Assembly (NCBI RefSeq): GCF_000522985.1
Contig: NZ_CP007128.1
Span: forward strand, 974,220-1,038,219
Length of the DNA: 64,000 bases
DNA from: Gemmatirosa kalamazoonensis
GTDB lineage: Bacteria > Gemmatimonadota > Gemmatimonadetes > Gemmatimonadales > Gemmatimonadaceae
Reading direction: 5' to 3'
Shown here: piece by piece, positions 49,820 through 58,812 of the stretch
Layout: each line of letters begins with the position of its first letter
Position numbering within the stretch: position 1 is the stretch's first letter
Translations under genes and position numbers: made by a program
The notes under the pieces: model-generated
Database searches by the model: none
Told to the model about the DNA's origin: nothing
Seen by the model: only the letters and a program-made list of their open reading frames with translations

Positions 49820-51871
49820 CACGCCGCTCGTCGTCTCGCGCTCGGCGGACTCGCCGCGGCCGCGCTCGTCGCGTGCGGCGGCGACTCCACCGGCCCCGGC
49901 ACGGAGCCGCCGCTCACGATGCGGCTCGACATCGTCCCCGCGGAGGGCTCGCTCCCCGGCTTCGCGACGCGCACGCTCGGCCTCGCGCCGGGCGACTCGG
50001 CGCGCATGTCGGCCCGACTGAACGACTCCAAGGGCGGCTCGCAGGCCGCCTCGGGGATCACCTGGTCCAGCTCCGCGACCGCGGTCGCCGACGTCGACGC
50101 CACGGGGCTGGTGCGCGCGCGCACGAACGGCACCGCGATCGTCATCGCCCGCACGTCGACGCTCGCCGACACGCTCACCGTCACCGTGAGCGCCTGCGGC
50201 GCCGCGGTCCCCGTGGCGCTCGGCGTCGGCGAGGCGCGCAGCTTCGCCACCGGGCAGGGGAGCACGCTCTGCGTCACCGGCGCCGACCGCGACGAGTTCG
50301 TGCTCGTCGCGTTCAACACGGAGCAGGACTCGCTGCGGGTGACGACCGACGTGCGCACGTCGCTGTCCGTGACGGGCAACGGCATCGCCGAGATCAACGC
50401 GGCGACCGCTGCGTTCGCGCGCGCGCCGCTCGATCCGGCGGCCGCCGACGAGCCGCGCCGCGACGTCCGCTTCGAGCAGGCGCTGCGTGAGCGCGCCGGC
50501 GCCGAGCTACGTCCCCGGCTCGCCGCCGCCCACCTGCGCGCGCCGCGTCCCGCCGGGCTCGCGCTCAGCGTGGCGAGCGCCGCGACGACGGCCGCGGTGC
50601 CGGCCGTCGGGCAGCTGCTGTCGCTCAACACGAGCATGGAGACGTGCGACACGACGAAGGCCGGCGGCATCCGCCGGCGCACGGGTCGCGTCGTCGCGGT
50701 CACCGACAAGGCGATCGTCGTCGCCGACACGGCGAACCCGCCGAACGGCTTCACCGACGCCGAGTACCGCGCGTACGGCGTCGCGTTCGACACGCTCGCC
50801 TACCCGGTGGACGTCGCGAACTTCGGCGGCGAGAGCGACGTCGACAAGAACGGGCGCTCGATCATCTTCTTCACGAGCGCGGTGAACCTGCTCACGCCGC
50901 GCAACGCCGACTACTACGTCGGGGGCTTCTTCTACGAGCGCGACCTGTTCCAGAACTCCGCGCCGAAGAGCTCCGACTTCTGCGGCGGCAGCAACTTCGC
51001 GGAGATGTTCTACATGCTCGTTCCCGACCCCACGGGTCGCGTGAACGGCAACGTCTTCCGCAAGGGCTTCGTCGACAGCGTGACGGTGGGAACGCTCGCG
51101 CACGAGTTCCAGCACCTGATCAACGCGAGCCGCCGCATCTACGTCAACAACGCGGACAACTGGGAGGACACGTGGCTGAACGAGGGGCTCAGCCACGTCG
51201 CCGAGGAGCTCGTGTTCCAGCGTGAGGCGGGGATCACGACGCGCACGCGCCTCGACTCGACGGCCATCAACGCGTCGCGCGTGCGCTCGGCGTTCAACTT
51301 CTACATGCAGGGCGGCAACATCTCGCGCCTCGCCGAGTACTTCCAGTCGTCGGAGGGGAGCTCGCCGTACGCGGACAACGACGACCTCGAGACGCGCGGC
51401 GCGACGTGGGCGTTCCTGCGCTACGCGGCCGATCGCGTGAACGGCAACGACGCCGCGCTGTGGCAGAAGCTCGTCACGAACACGAAGCTGAACGGCATGC
51501 CGAACCTGCGCGCCGCGCTCGGCGTCGACCAGGCGACGCTCACCGAGTGGTTCCGCGACTGGAGCATCGCGAACTTCGTCGACGGCGTGCCCGGCGTGAC
51601 GCTCGACCCGCGCTACGCGTACCGCAGCTGGAACTTCCGCAGCGTCATGGCCTCGCTCCGCTCGGCGCGCAACATCCTCCTGTACTCGGCGTACCCGATC
51701 GTCACGCACACGCTCCGCGACGGTCTGGCCGAGCGCCCCGCGCTGCGCGGCGGCGCGGCGGCGTACTTCCGCTTCACGGTCGGCGGCGGCAAGCAGGCAC
51801 GCATCCTGACGGCGGGCAGCGGCGCGCCGCTGCCGGCGAACGTCGCGCTGTCGGTGGTGCGGACGAGATAA
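49820..51871 (+). CDS. Secreted lipoprotein, putative zinc metallopeptidase with Big_2 (Ig-like) domain
   Basis: Lipobox LVACGG. A Big_2-like segment ...ITWSSSATAVADVDATGLVRARTNGTAIV.... HEFQHLINAS is an HExxH motif, followed by NEGLSHVAEE. Confidence 0.5.
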   Translation, partial: HAARRLALGGLAAAALVACGGDSTGPGTEPPLTMRLDIVPAEGSLPGFATRTLGLAPGDSARMSARLNDSKGGSQAASGITWSSSATAVADVDATGLVRARTNGTAIVIARTSTLADTLTVTVSACGAAVPVALGVGEARSFATGQGSTLCVTGADRDEFVLVAFNTEQDSLRVTTDVRTSLSVTGNGIAEINAATAAFARAPLDPAAADEPRRDVRFEQALRERAGAELRPRLAAAHLRAPRPAGLALSVASAATTAAVPAVGQLLSLNTSMETCDTTKAGGIRRRTGRVVAVTDKAIVVADTANPPNGFTDAEYRAYGVAFDTLAYPVDVANFGGESDVDKNGRSIIFFTSAVNLLTPRNADYYVGGFFYERDLFQNSAPKSSDFCGGSNFAEMFYMLVPDPTGRVNGNVFRKGFVDSVTVGTLAHEFQHLINASRRIYVNNADNWEDTWLNEGLSHVAEELVFQREAGITTRTRLDSTAINASRVRSAFNFYMQGGNISRLAEYFQSSEGSSPYADNDDLETRGATWAFLRYAADRVNGNDAALWQKLVTNTKLNGMPNLRAALGVDQATLTEWFRDWSIANFVDGVPGVTLDPRYAYRSWNFRSVMASLRSARNILLYSAYPIVTHTLRDGLAERPALRGGAAAYFRFTVGGGKQARILTAGSGAPLPANVALSVVRTR

Positions 51872-51878
51872 GACAATC

Positions 51879-51962
51879 GAACCGCAGAGGCACGCAGAGG
51901 GCCGCAGAGGAAACCGACAGCGATTGGTTCTCCTCTGCGGCCCTCTGCGTCCTCTGCGGTTC
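51879..51962. repeat. Family-A hairpin
   Basis: GAACCGCAGAGGCACGCAGAGGGCCGCAGAGGA ... TCCTCTGCGGCCCTCTGCGTCCTCTGCGGTTC. Confidence 0.75.
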
Positions 51963-52032
51963 GATACAAAGCGGCAGTCCTCTGCGGTCCAATTCCAGGC
52001 GCTATCTTTCGGGCTCACCCGACCCGAGTCCC

Positions 52033-54258
52033 ATGCGCCGTCGTCTTCTCGTCGCCCTCCTCTTCCCGCTCGCCGTTCACGCACAGCAGGCGAAGCAGCG
52101 GTTCACCAGTCTGAGCGACGCCACGCAGGCGTCGGCGATACTCGGCGGGAGGAGCGGCCCGCGACGGGTCGTCTGGCTCGATGGCGGCAACCGGTTCTCG
52201 TTCATCGGCGCGAACGCGCAGACGCGGCGCCCCGAGATCCGCACCTACGACCCGACGAGCGGGCGCGACACGCTGCTGTTCACGAGCGAGGGGCTCTCGC
52301 TTCCCGGCAGCACGCGGCCGTTCGACTACGTGTCGTTCCAGTTCAGCCGCGACTTCAGGAACCTCGTGTTCCAGTCGAACTTCCAGCAGCTCTACCGGCG
52401 CAGCGGCACGTCCGACTTCTACGTCTACTCGCTGTCGCCGAAGTCGCTGCAGCTCGCGGGCAAGGGCGCGCGCACCGCGGAGCTGTCCCCCGACGGCGCG
52501 CTGCTCGGCGAGGAGCGCGGCGGCGATCTGTACGTCGTCGATCTCGCGTCGCACAAGGAGACGCGCCTCACGAGCGACGCCACCGAGTCGGTCTACAACG
52601 GCCACTTCGACTGGGTGTACGAGGAGGAGTTCGGCCTCGCGCAGGCGTGGAACTGGTCGCCCGACAGCCGGCGCATCGCGTTCTGGCAGATCGACGAGAG
52701 CAAGGAGCCGGTCGTCCAGCTCACCGACTACAGCGGGCGCCACGAGACGTGGGACCGCATCCGCATCCCGCAGCCCGGCGACACGAACCCGATCGCGAAG
52801 ATCGGCGTCGTCGACGTGAAGAGCGGCAAGCGCACGTGGCTCGTGCCCGACCTCCGCGGCGAGTACTACGTGCCGCGCGTCTACTGGACGAGCCGCCCCG
52901 ACACGCTCGCGGTGGTCACGCTGAACCGCCGGCAGAACGAGATGCGGCTGTACTTCTTCGACGTGAACACCGGCGGCGCGCGCCAGGTGCTGCGCGAGTC
53001 GTCGGACACGTGGATCGACGTGTACGACTTCTACGCCGGCGTGCAGGATCTGCTGTCGTTCCCCGAGCACTCGACGGAGTTCTACTGGGTCTCCGACCGC
53101 GACGGGTTCCAGCACATCTATCGCTACGACTACTCCGGGAAGCTCGTGAAGCAGGTCACGTCGGGGCAGTGGAGCGTGACGCGCATCGAGGGCGTCGACC
53201 CGGCGAATCGCCTGATCTACTTCACGTCGACGAACCCATCGCCGCTCGAGCGGCAGCTCTGGTCGGTGAAGTTCGACGGCACGGGGCTCAAGCGCATCAC
53301 CACGGCGCCGGGACGGCACGACATCGACATGTCGCCGAACGCGAAGTACTTCATCGACTCGTGGTCGTCGACGACGCAGCCGCGCCAGGTGGAGCTGTGG
53401 TCCACGACGTCGGGCAAGCTGCGCACGCTCGAGGCGAACCAGCAGACGACGCAGTGGCTCGCGACGCACGAGTACGCTCCCACGGAGCTCACGAGCTTCC
53501 GCGCCTCCGACGGCACGAAGCTCGACATCTCGCTCGTGAAGCCCGTACCGTTCGACCCGACGAAGCGCTACCCGGTCGTGTTCGCGATCTACGGCGGGCC
53601 GGGGTCGCAGGGCGTGTACAACTCGTTCGGCACGTCGGGCTGGAACCAGTGGCTCGCGCAGAACGGCTACGTCGTCGTGAACGTGAACAACCGCGGCACG
53701 AACAACTACGGCCGCGACTTCATGAAGGTGGTCTACAAGCAGCTCGGCCGGTACGAGTCGATGGACTTCGCGGAGACGGCGAAGTGGCTGAAGACGCAGC
53801 CGTGGGTCGACGGCGACCACATCGCCATCATGGGCACGAGCTACGGCGGCTACAGCACGCTGTACACGATGGAGCAGTACCCCGACCTGTTCTCGGTCGG
53901 CATGGCGAACTCCGGCGTCGCCGACTGGCGGCTGTACGACACGATCTACACCGAGCGGTACATGTCGACGCTCGACGACAACGCGTCCGGCTACGAGCAG
54001 AGCTCCGTTGTGTCGAACGCGCCGAAGCTGAAGGGGCACCTGCTCATGATCCACGCGATGCTCGACGACAACGTGCACCCGCAGAACACGATGCAGCTCC
54101 TGACGGCGTTCACGAACGCGGGCAAGAACATCGATCTGCGCATCTTCCCACCCGGGCACCACGGCTCGGCCTACAACGCCGAGAGCGCGCGCCTCATCGC
54201 CGAGACGCAGTGGGACTTCCTGCAGCGGTGGATGAAGAGTCCGCGCACGGTGCAGTAA
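52033..54258 (+). CDS. S9-family serine peptidase (dipeptidyl-peptidase IV-like: beta-propeller plus alpha/beta hydrolase)
   Basis: Signal peptide MRRRLLVALLFPLAVHAQQ. GTSYGGY is the GxSxG nucleophile motif. DPP IV N-terminal-like region. Confidence 0.8.
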   Translation: MRRRLLVALLFPLAVHAQQAKQRFTSLSDATQASAILGGRSGPRRVVWLDGGNRFSFIGANAQTRRPEIRTYDPTSGRDTLLFTSEGLSLPGSTRPFDYVSFQFSRDFRNLVFQSNFQQLYRRSGTSDFYVYSLSPKSLQLAGKGARTAELSPDGALLGEERGGDLYVVDLASHKETRLTSDATESVYNGHFDWVYEEEFGLAQAWNWSPDSRRIAFWQIDESKEPVVQLTDYSGRHETWDRIRIPQPGDTNPIAKIGVVDVKSGKRTWLVPDLRGEYYVPRVYWTSRPDTLAVVTLNRRQNEMRLYFFDVNTGGARQVLRESSDTWIDVYDFYAGVQDLLSFPEHSTEFYWVSDRDGFQHIYRYDYSGKLVKQVTSGQWSVTRIEGVDPANRLIYFTSTNPSPLERQLWSVKFDGTGLKRITTAPGRHDIDMSPNAKYFIDSWSSTTQPRQVELWSTTSGKLRTLEANQQTTQWLATHEYAPTELTSFRASDGTKLDISLVKPVPFDPTKRYPVVFAIYGGPGSQGVYNSFGTSGWNQWLAQNGYVVVNVNNRGTNNYGRDFMKVVYKQLGRYESMDFAETAKWLKTQPWVDGDHIAIMGTSYGGYSTLYTMEQYPDLFSVGMANSGVADWRLYDTIYTERYMSTLDDNASGYEQSSVVSNAPKLKGHLLMIHAMLDDNVHPQNTMQLLTAFTNAGKNIDLRIFPPGHHGSAYNAESARLIAETQWDFLQRWMKSPRTVQ

Positions 54259-54263
54259 GACAA

Positions 54264-54355
54264 GGGCAGGAGGGCAGGAGGGCAGGAGGGCAGGAGAGCT
54301 TCGGTCTCTCCTGCCCTCGCGCGTTTCGCGCGTGCCCTCCTGCCCTCCTGCCCTC
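54264..54355. repeat. Family-C hairpin: [GGCAGGAG]x4 ... [CTCCTGCC]x3 with a CGCGCGTTTCGCGCG core
   Basis: Starts immediately after the stop of the S9 peptidase gene. Confidence 0.75.
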
Positions 54356-54428
54356 TGTGGTTCGTCCGACCCATGCAGGGGCGCGGGGGACGGCCTAACG
54401 TCGGGCGTCACCCTTCGCCCCCGCGCTC

Positions 54429-55208
54429 ATGTCGCTCGCCACCGTCCGCGGCGCCCGCGCCGCGCTGCTCGTCGTCGCGTTCGTCGGCTGCTCCGACGCC
54501 TCCACCCAGCCCGCTGCGCCCGTCGGCTCGACCGGTGGCGGCTCAGCGTCGGCGTACGTCGTCACCGGGCGGGTGACCGACGCCGCCGGTCGGCCGATCG
54601 CCGGCGCGGAGGTCGTCGCGAACAACCAGCTGCTCGTCGCGGCGAACGTCGTCGGCCGCAGCGATGCCGACGGCCGATATCGTCTGCAGCTCCCCGAGAT
54701 CCCCGCCACGTGGGCGATGTCGGCGTCGCTGCTCCGCTCGTACGACGGCAACGCGTACCGGCTCGTGCTCGAGCCGAGCGATGCGTCGACGTTCGCCGGC
54801 AACCGCGGCGCGGCGCGCGACTTCACGTGGCGCGTGCAGGGGCCGCGCCCCGACGGCGGCTTCTACGGGAGCCCGGTCATCGCGTACCACGATCCCGAGA
54901 ACTACGACCTCGTGATGGAGGACGTCGAGCTCACGCTCACGCCCGTCGGCCCGATCATCGACGGCAGCGCGGGCCGCACGATCGTGCAGCGCCTGCGCGC
55001 GACCGCCGATGGGGACGCGGTCGTCGACGTGCCACTCGGCCGCTACACGATCGCGGCCCGCGAAGCCGCGTCCGGCCGTCCGCCGCGCGCGCTGCAGATC
55101 CGCCGCCGCAACACGGGCAGCTACGCGAGCACGCTGACGACGTCGTTCGCCGCGCCGTACGGCACGAACCTCGACGTGCAGCAGATCGTCGTCGAGGTCC
55201 GCCGGTGA
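54429..55208 (+). CDS. Lipoprotein with carboxypeptidase-regulatory-like (CarbopepD_reg) domain
   Basis: Lipobox VGCSDA. ...YVVTGRVTDAAGRPIAGAEVVAN.... Confidence 0.4.
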   Translation: MSLATVRGARAALLVVAFVGCSDASTQPAAPVGSTGGGSASAYVVTGRVTDAAGRPIAGAEVVANNQLLVAANVVGRSDADGRYRLQLPEIPATWAMSASLLRSYDGNAYRLVLEPSDASTFAGNRGAARDFTWRVQGPRPDGGFYGSPVIAYHDPENYDLVMEDVELTLTPVGPIIDGSAGRTIVQRLRATADGDAVVDVPLGRYTIAAREAASGRPPRALQIRRRNTGSYASTLTTSFAAPYGTNLDVQQIVVEVRR

Positions 55209-55215
55209 ACTGCGA

Positions 55216-55287
55216 GGGCAGGAGGGCAGGAGGGCAGGAGGGCACGAGAGTCCGACACTCTCCTGCCCTCCTGCCCTCCTGCCCTAT
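55216..55287. repeat. Family-C hairpin
   Basis: GAGGGCAGGAGGGCAGGAGGGCAGGAGGGCA ... CTCCTGCCCTCCTGCCCTCCTGCCCT, exactly between convergent stop codons (55208 and 55284). Confidence 0.75.
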
Positions 55288-56102
55288 CTCTTCGTCAGCG
55301 TGATCTGATACAGCTTGCTGAAGTTCTTGCCGGTCACGTACAGCTTGTCGCTCTGCGCGTCGTACGCGATGCCGTTCAGCACGTCCTCGGCGCCGTTCTT
55401 GTCGGCGGGGGCGAGGATGCCGGTGAGGTCGATCCAGCCGGTGATGTTGCCGGTCTTCGGGTCGATGCGGGCGATCTGCCAGCTCTGCCAGACGTTCGCC
55501 AGCAGCTCCCCCTTGTACCATTCCAGCTCGTTCACCATGGACACCGGCGACGTGCCGTCGTGCACGTCGATCGTGCGCGTGACGGTGAACGTCTTGGGGT
55601 CGATGACGCGAATGCGCGACGTGCTGTCGGTCATGTAGAGCGACGTGCCGTCGGTCGTCATCCCCCACCCCTGACCGTAGTACGAGAACGTGTCGACCGG
55701 GGCGAACGTCTTGAGGTCGTAGACGAACGCCTTGCCGTGCTTCCACGTCAGCTGGTACAGCCGGTCGCCGACGGCCGAGATCCCCTCGCCGAAGTACTCC
55801 GCGGGGAGCGCCCGCCGCAGCTCCACCGCGCCCGTCGCGAGGTCGCTGCGCCGGATCTCCGACTTGCCCTCGATCCCCGTACCCTCGTAGAGCTTTCCGT
55901 CCTTGATGAACAGCCCCTCGGTGAACGCCGCAGGGTCGTGCGGCAGCGTGGCGACGACCGTGTAGCCGTACGTCGGCGTGCCGGTGGTGTTGCCGGCGGC
56001 CGTCGACGTCGCGGCCGGTGTGTCGGCCGCCGCGGCGGGCGCCTGCTCGCCCTTGCAGGCGGCGAGGAGGGCGGCGGCGAGCAGGAGCTTCGTGTTAGGC
56101 AT
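55284..56102 (-). CDS. Glutaminyl-peptide cyclotransferase (plant/bacterial beta-propeller type), lipoprotein
   Basis: ...YGYTVVATLPHDPAAFTEGLFIKDGKLYEGTG...LYQLTWKHGKAFVYD... is typical of the Glu_cyclase_2 family. Its start ATG overlaps the mutS stop (ATGCCTAAC). Confidence 0.65.
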   Translation of the reverse strand: MPNTKLLLAAALLAACKGEQAPAAAADTPAATSTAAGNTTGTPTYGYTVVATLPHDPAAFTEGLFIKDGKLYEGTGIEGKSEIRRSDLATGAVELRRALPAEYFGEGISAVGDRLYQLTWKHGKAFVYDLKTFAPVDTFSYYGQGWGMTTDGTSLYMTDSTSRIRVIDPKTFTVTRTIDVHDGTSPVSMVNELEWYKGELLANVWQSWQIARIDPKTGNITGWIDLTGILAPADKNGAEDVLNGIAYDAQSDKLYVTGKNFSKLYQITLTKR

Positions 56103-58812
56103 CGGCGTGGATCTGGGCGCGGAGGCGGGCGAGGAGCTCCAGCGCCTGCATCGGCGTGACGTGGTTCGGGTCCGTGGCGCGCAGCGCCTCCACGACGGGG
56201 TGTGGCGGCGGTGGCACGACGTTCGGCGCGGCGGCCGGCGGAGCGGACGCGAACAGCGCGAGCTGGTCGGCCGGCGGGGCGCGCCGCCTCGAGCGCTTGC
56301 CGGCGGCGGGCACCCTGCCTAACGACTCGGCCATCGTCGCCGCGTCCCCCTCGAGCAGGGCGAGCACCTCCTTCGCGCGCGCGATCACCGGCGCCGGCAG
56401 CCCGGCCAGCCGCCCGACCTCGATGCCGTAGCTGCGGTCCGCGCCGCCGGGCACCAGGCGGTGCAGGAACAGCACCTGGTCGCCCACCTCGCGCACCGCG
56501 ACGGTGAAGTTGCGCACCGCCGGCAGCTCCTCGGCGAGCTGCACGAGCTCGTGGTAGTGCGTCGCGAAGATCGTCTTGCAGCCGACGTGGTCGTGCAGGT
56601 GCTCGCTCACGCTCCACGCGATCGACACGCCGTCGTACGTGCTCGTGCCGCGCCCGATCTCGTCGAGCAGCACGAGCGAGCGCGCCGTCGCGGTGTTCAG
56701 GATCGCGCTCGTCTCCGTCATCTCCACCATGAACGTCGACTGACCGCGCACGAGGTTGTCGCTCGCGCCCACGCGCGTGAACAGCCGGTCGACGAGCCCG
56801 ATCGTCGCGCGCGACGCGGGCACGAAGCTCCCCATCTGCGCCATGAGCACGACGAGCCCCACCTGGCGCAGGATCGTGCTCTTCCCCGCCATGTTCGGCC
56901 CCGTGAGGATGACGAGCCGCGCGTCCTGCGTCAGCGTGACGTCGTTCGGGATGAATTTCTCGCGCGCCATCATCCGTTCGACCACCGGATGCCGGCCGGC
57001 GACGATCTCGAGATCGTAGCCGTCGGTGAGCGTGGGGCGCACGTAGCCCTCGCGCTCCGCGACCTCGGCGAGCGCGGCGAGCACGTCGAGCTCCGCGAGC
57101 GCGCCGGCCACGCGCTGCAGCCGCGCGATCTCGCGTCCCACGCACGCGCGCAGCGACTCGAACAGCTCGCGCTCGCGCGCCTCGATCCGCTCCGCGGCGC
57201 CGAGCACCTTCTCCTCGTACGCCTTGAGGTCGGGCGTGACGTAGCGCTCGCCGTTCGTCAGCGTCTGCCGCCGCTGGTAGTCGTCCGGGACGCGCTCGCG
57301 GTGCGCGTTCGAGATCTCGATGAAGTAGCCGAAGACCTTGTTGTAGCCGACCTTCAGCGACTGGATGCCCGTGCGCTCGCGCTCCGCGGCCTGGATCTCG
57401 GCGATCGCGTCCTTGCCGCCGTCGCGCAGCGCACGCAGGTCGTCGAGCTCCGTGTCGACGCCGGTCGCGATGGTGGACTCGTCGCCGAGCTGCAGCGGCG
57501 GCCGCTCGACGAGCGCGCGCGTGACCTCGGCGCACAGCTCGCCGCAGTCGTCCCACGCGGCGGCGATGACGGTGAGCCGGGACTCGGGACTCGGGACTCG
57601 GGACTCGTCCGGCACCCGAGTCCCGAGTCCCGAGTCCCGAGTCCCGATCACACGCTCCAGCGCTCCATGCACGGCCGGCAGCCTGCCTAACGAATCGCCC
57701 AACGCACGCAGCTCGCGCGGCGTGGCGCGCCCCGCGGCGGCCTTCGACGCGAGGCGCTCCACGTCGCGCACGCCGTCGAGCGCCTCGCGCAGCGTCGCGC
57801 GTCCGATCGCGTCGCCCGCCGTCGCGGCGACGGCGTCGAGGCGCATGTCGATGTCCTCGCGGCGGGTGAGCGGGGCGAGGATCCACTGCCGCAGGAGCCG
57901 CGTCCCCATCGGCGTCTGCGTGCGATCGAGCACGCCGAGCAGCGTCCCGGCACGATCGTTGTCGACGCCCGGTCGCAGCGACTCCACGAGCTCCAGGTTG
58001 CGGCGCGTCATCTCGTCGAGCGGCATCGCGCCGCCGGCGCGCTCCACGATCGGGCGCGCGAGGTGCGGCACGCCGCCCGGCTGCAGCTCGCGCAGGTAGC
58101 GGAGCAGCGCGCCCGCCGCGCCTAACGCCGCCTCGTCCTCGGCGCCGATGCCGAGCCCGTCGAGCGACAGGACGCCGTACTGCCGCGCGAGGTCGTCGCG
58201 CGCCATGGCGGGATCGAACTCCCACGCCTCCCGCTCGGTGACGAGCGCTCCGTCCATGGCGCGCCACTGCGTGGTCTCGCCGCCCTTCGGCAGCAGCACC
58301 TCGCGCGGCGCGAGGCGCGCGAGCAGCGCGTCGGCATCGCCTGACGGCACGGTGGCGAGGCGCAGCTCGCCCGTGGACACGTCGGCGGCGGCGACGGCGA
58401 GCGCGCCGGGCGCCGGACGCACCGCGCAGAGGAAGTTGTTGCGCGTGCAGTCGAGCAGGTCGTCGGAGAACGCGGCGCCCGGCGTCACGGTCTCGATCAC
58501 CTCGCGCCGCACGATCCCCTTCGCGAGCCGCGGATCCTCCACCTGCTCGCAGATCGCCACGCGGTAGCCGCGCGCGACGAGCCGACGCACGTATTCGTTC
58601 ACCGCCTTCACCGGCACGCCGGCGAGCGGCACGTCGGACGCGCCGCCGTTGTTGCGCGACGTGAGCGTCAGGCCGAGGACGCGCGACGCGAGGACCGCAT
58701 CGTCCTCGAACGTCTCGTAGAAGTCCCCCATCCGGAAGAACAGGATGGATCCCTGGTGCCGCGCTTTTATCTCGCGGTACTGCTGCATCAGGGGCGTCGC
58801 CGGTGCGCTCAC
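56095..58812 (-). CDS. mutS: DNA mismatch repair protein MutS
   Basis: GTG start. MutS domains I-V are recognisable (...GPNMAGKSTILRQVGLVVLMAQMGSFVPA..., ...TFMVEMTETSAILN...). Contains an in-frame palindromic insertion (see the repeat at 57578..57648). Confidence 0.9.
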   Translation of the reverse strand: MSAPATPLMQQYREIKARHQGSILFFRMGDFYETFEDDAVLASRVLGLTLTSRNNGGASDVPLAGVPVKAVNEYVRRLVARGYRVAICEQVEDPRLAKGIVRREVIETVTPGAAFSDDLLDCTRNNFLCAVRPAPGALAVAAADVSTGELRLATVPSGDADALLARLAPREVLLPKGGETTQWRAMDGALVTEREAWEFDPAMARDDLARQYGVLSLDGLGIGAEDEAALGAAGALLRYLRELQPGGVPHLARPIVERAGGAMPLDEMTRRNLELVESLRPGVDNDRAGTLLGVLDRTQTPMGTRLLRQWILAPLTRREDIDMRLDAVAATAGDAIGRATLREALDGVRDVERLASKAAAGRATPRELRALGDSLGRLPAVHGALERVIGTRDSGLGTRVPDESRVPSPESRLTVIAAAWDDCGELCAEVTRALVERPPLQLGDESTIATGVDTELDDLRALRDGGKDAIAEIQAAERERTGIQSLKVGYNKVFGYFIEISNAHRERVPDDYQRRQTLTNGERYVTPDLKAYEEKVLGAAERIEARERELFESLRACVGREIARLQRVAGALAELDVLAALAEVAEREGYVRPTLTDGYDLEIVAGRHPVVERMMAREKFIPNDVTLTQDARLVILTGPNMAGKSTILRQVGLVVLMAQMGSFVPASRATIGLVDRLFTRVGASDNLVRGQSTFMVEMTETSAILNTATARSLVLLDEIGRGTSTYDGVSIAWSVSEHLHDHVGCKTIFATHYHELVQLAEELPAVRNFTVAVREVGDQVLFLHRLVPGGADRSYGIEVGRLAGLPAPVIARAKEVLALLEGDAATMAESLGRVPAAGKRSRRRAPPADQLALFASAPPAAAPNVVPPPPHPVVEALRATDPNHVTPMQALELLARLRAQIHADA
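57578..57648. repeat. Family-D hairpin ([GGGACTC]x4 ... [GAGTCCC]x4) inserted in-frame within mutS
   Basis: Encodes ...IGTRDSGLGTRVPDESRVPSPESR... in the MutS frame. Flanking MutS sequence aligns to canonical MutS without this segment. Confidence 0.75.
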
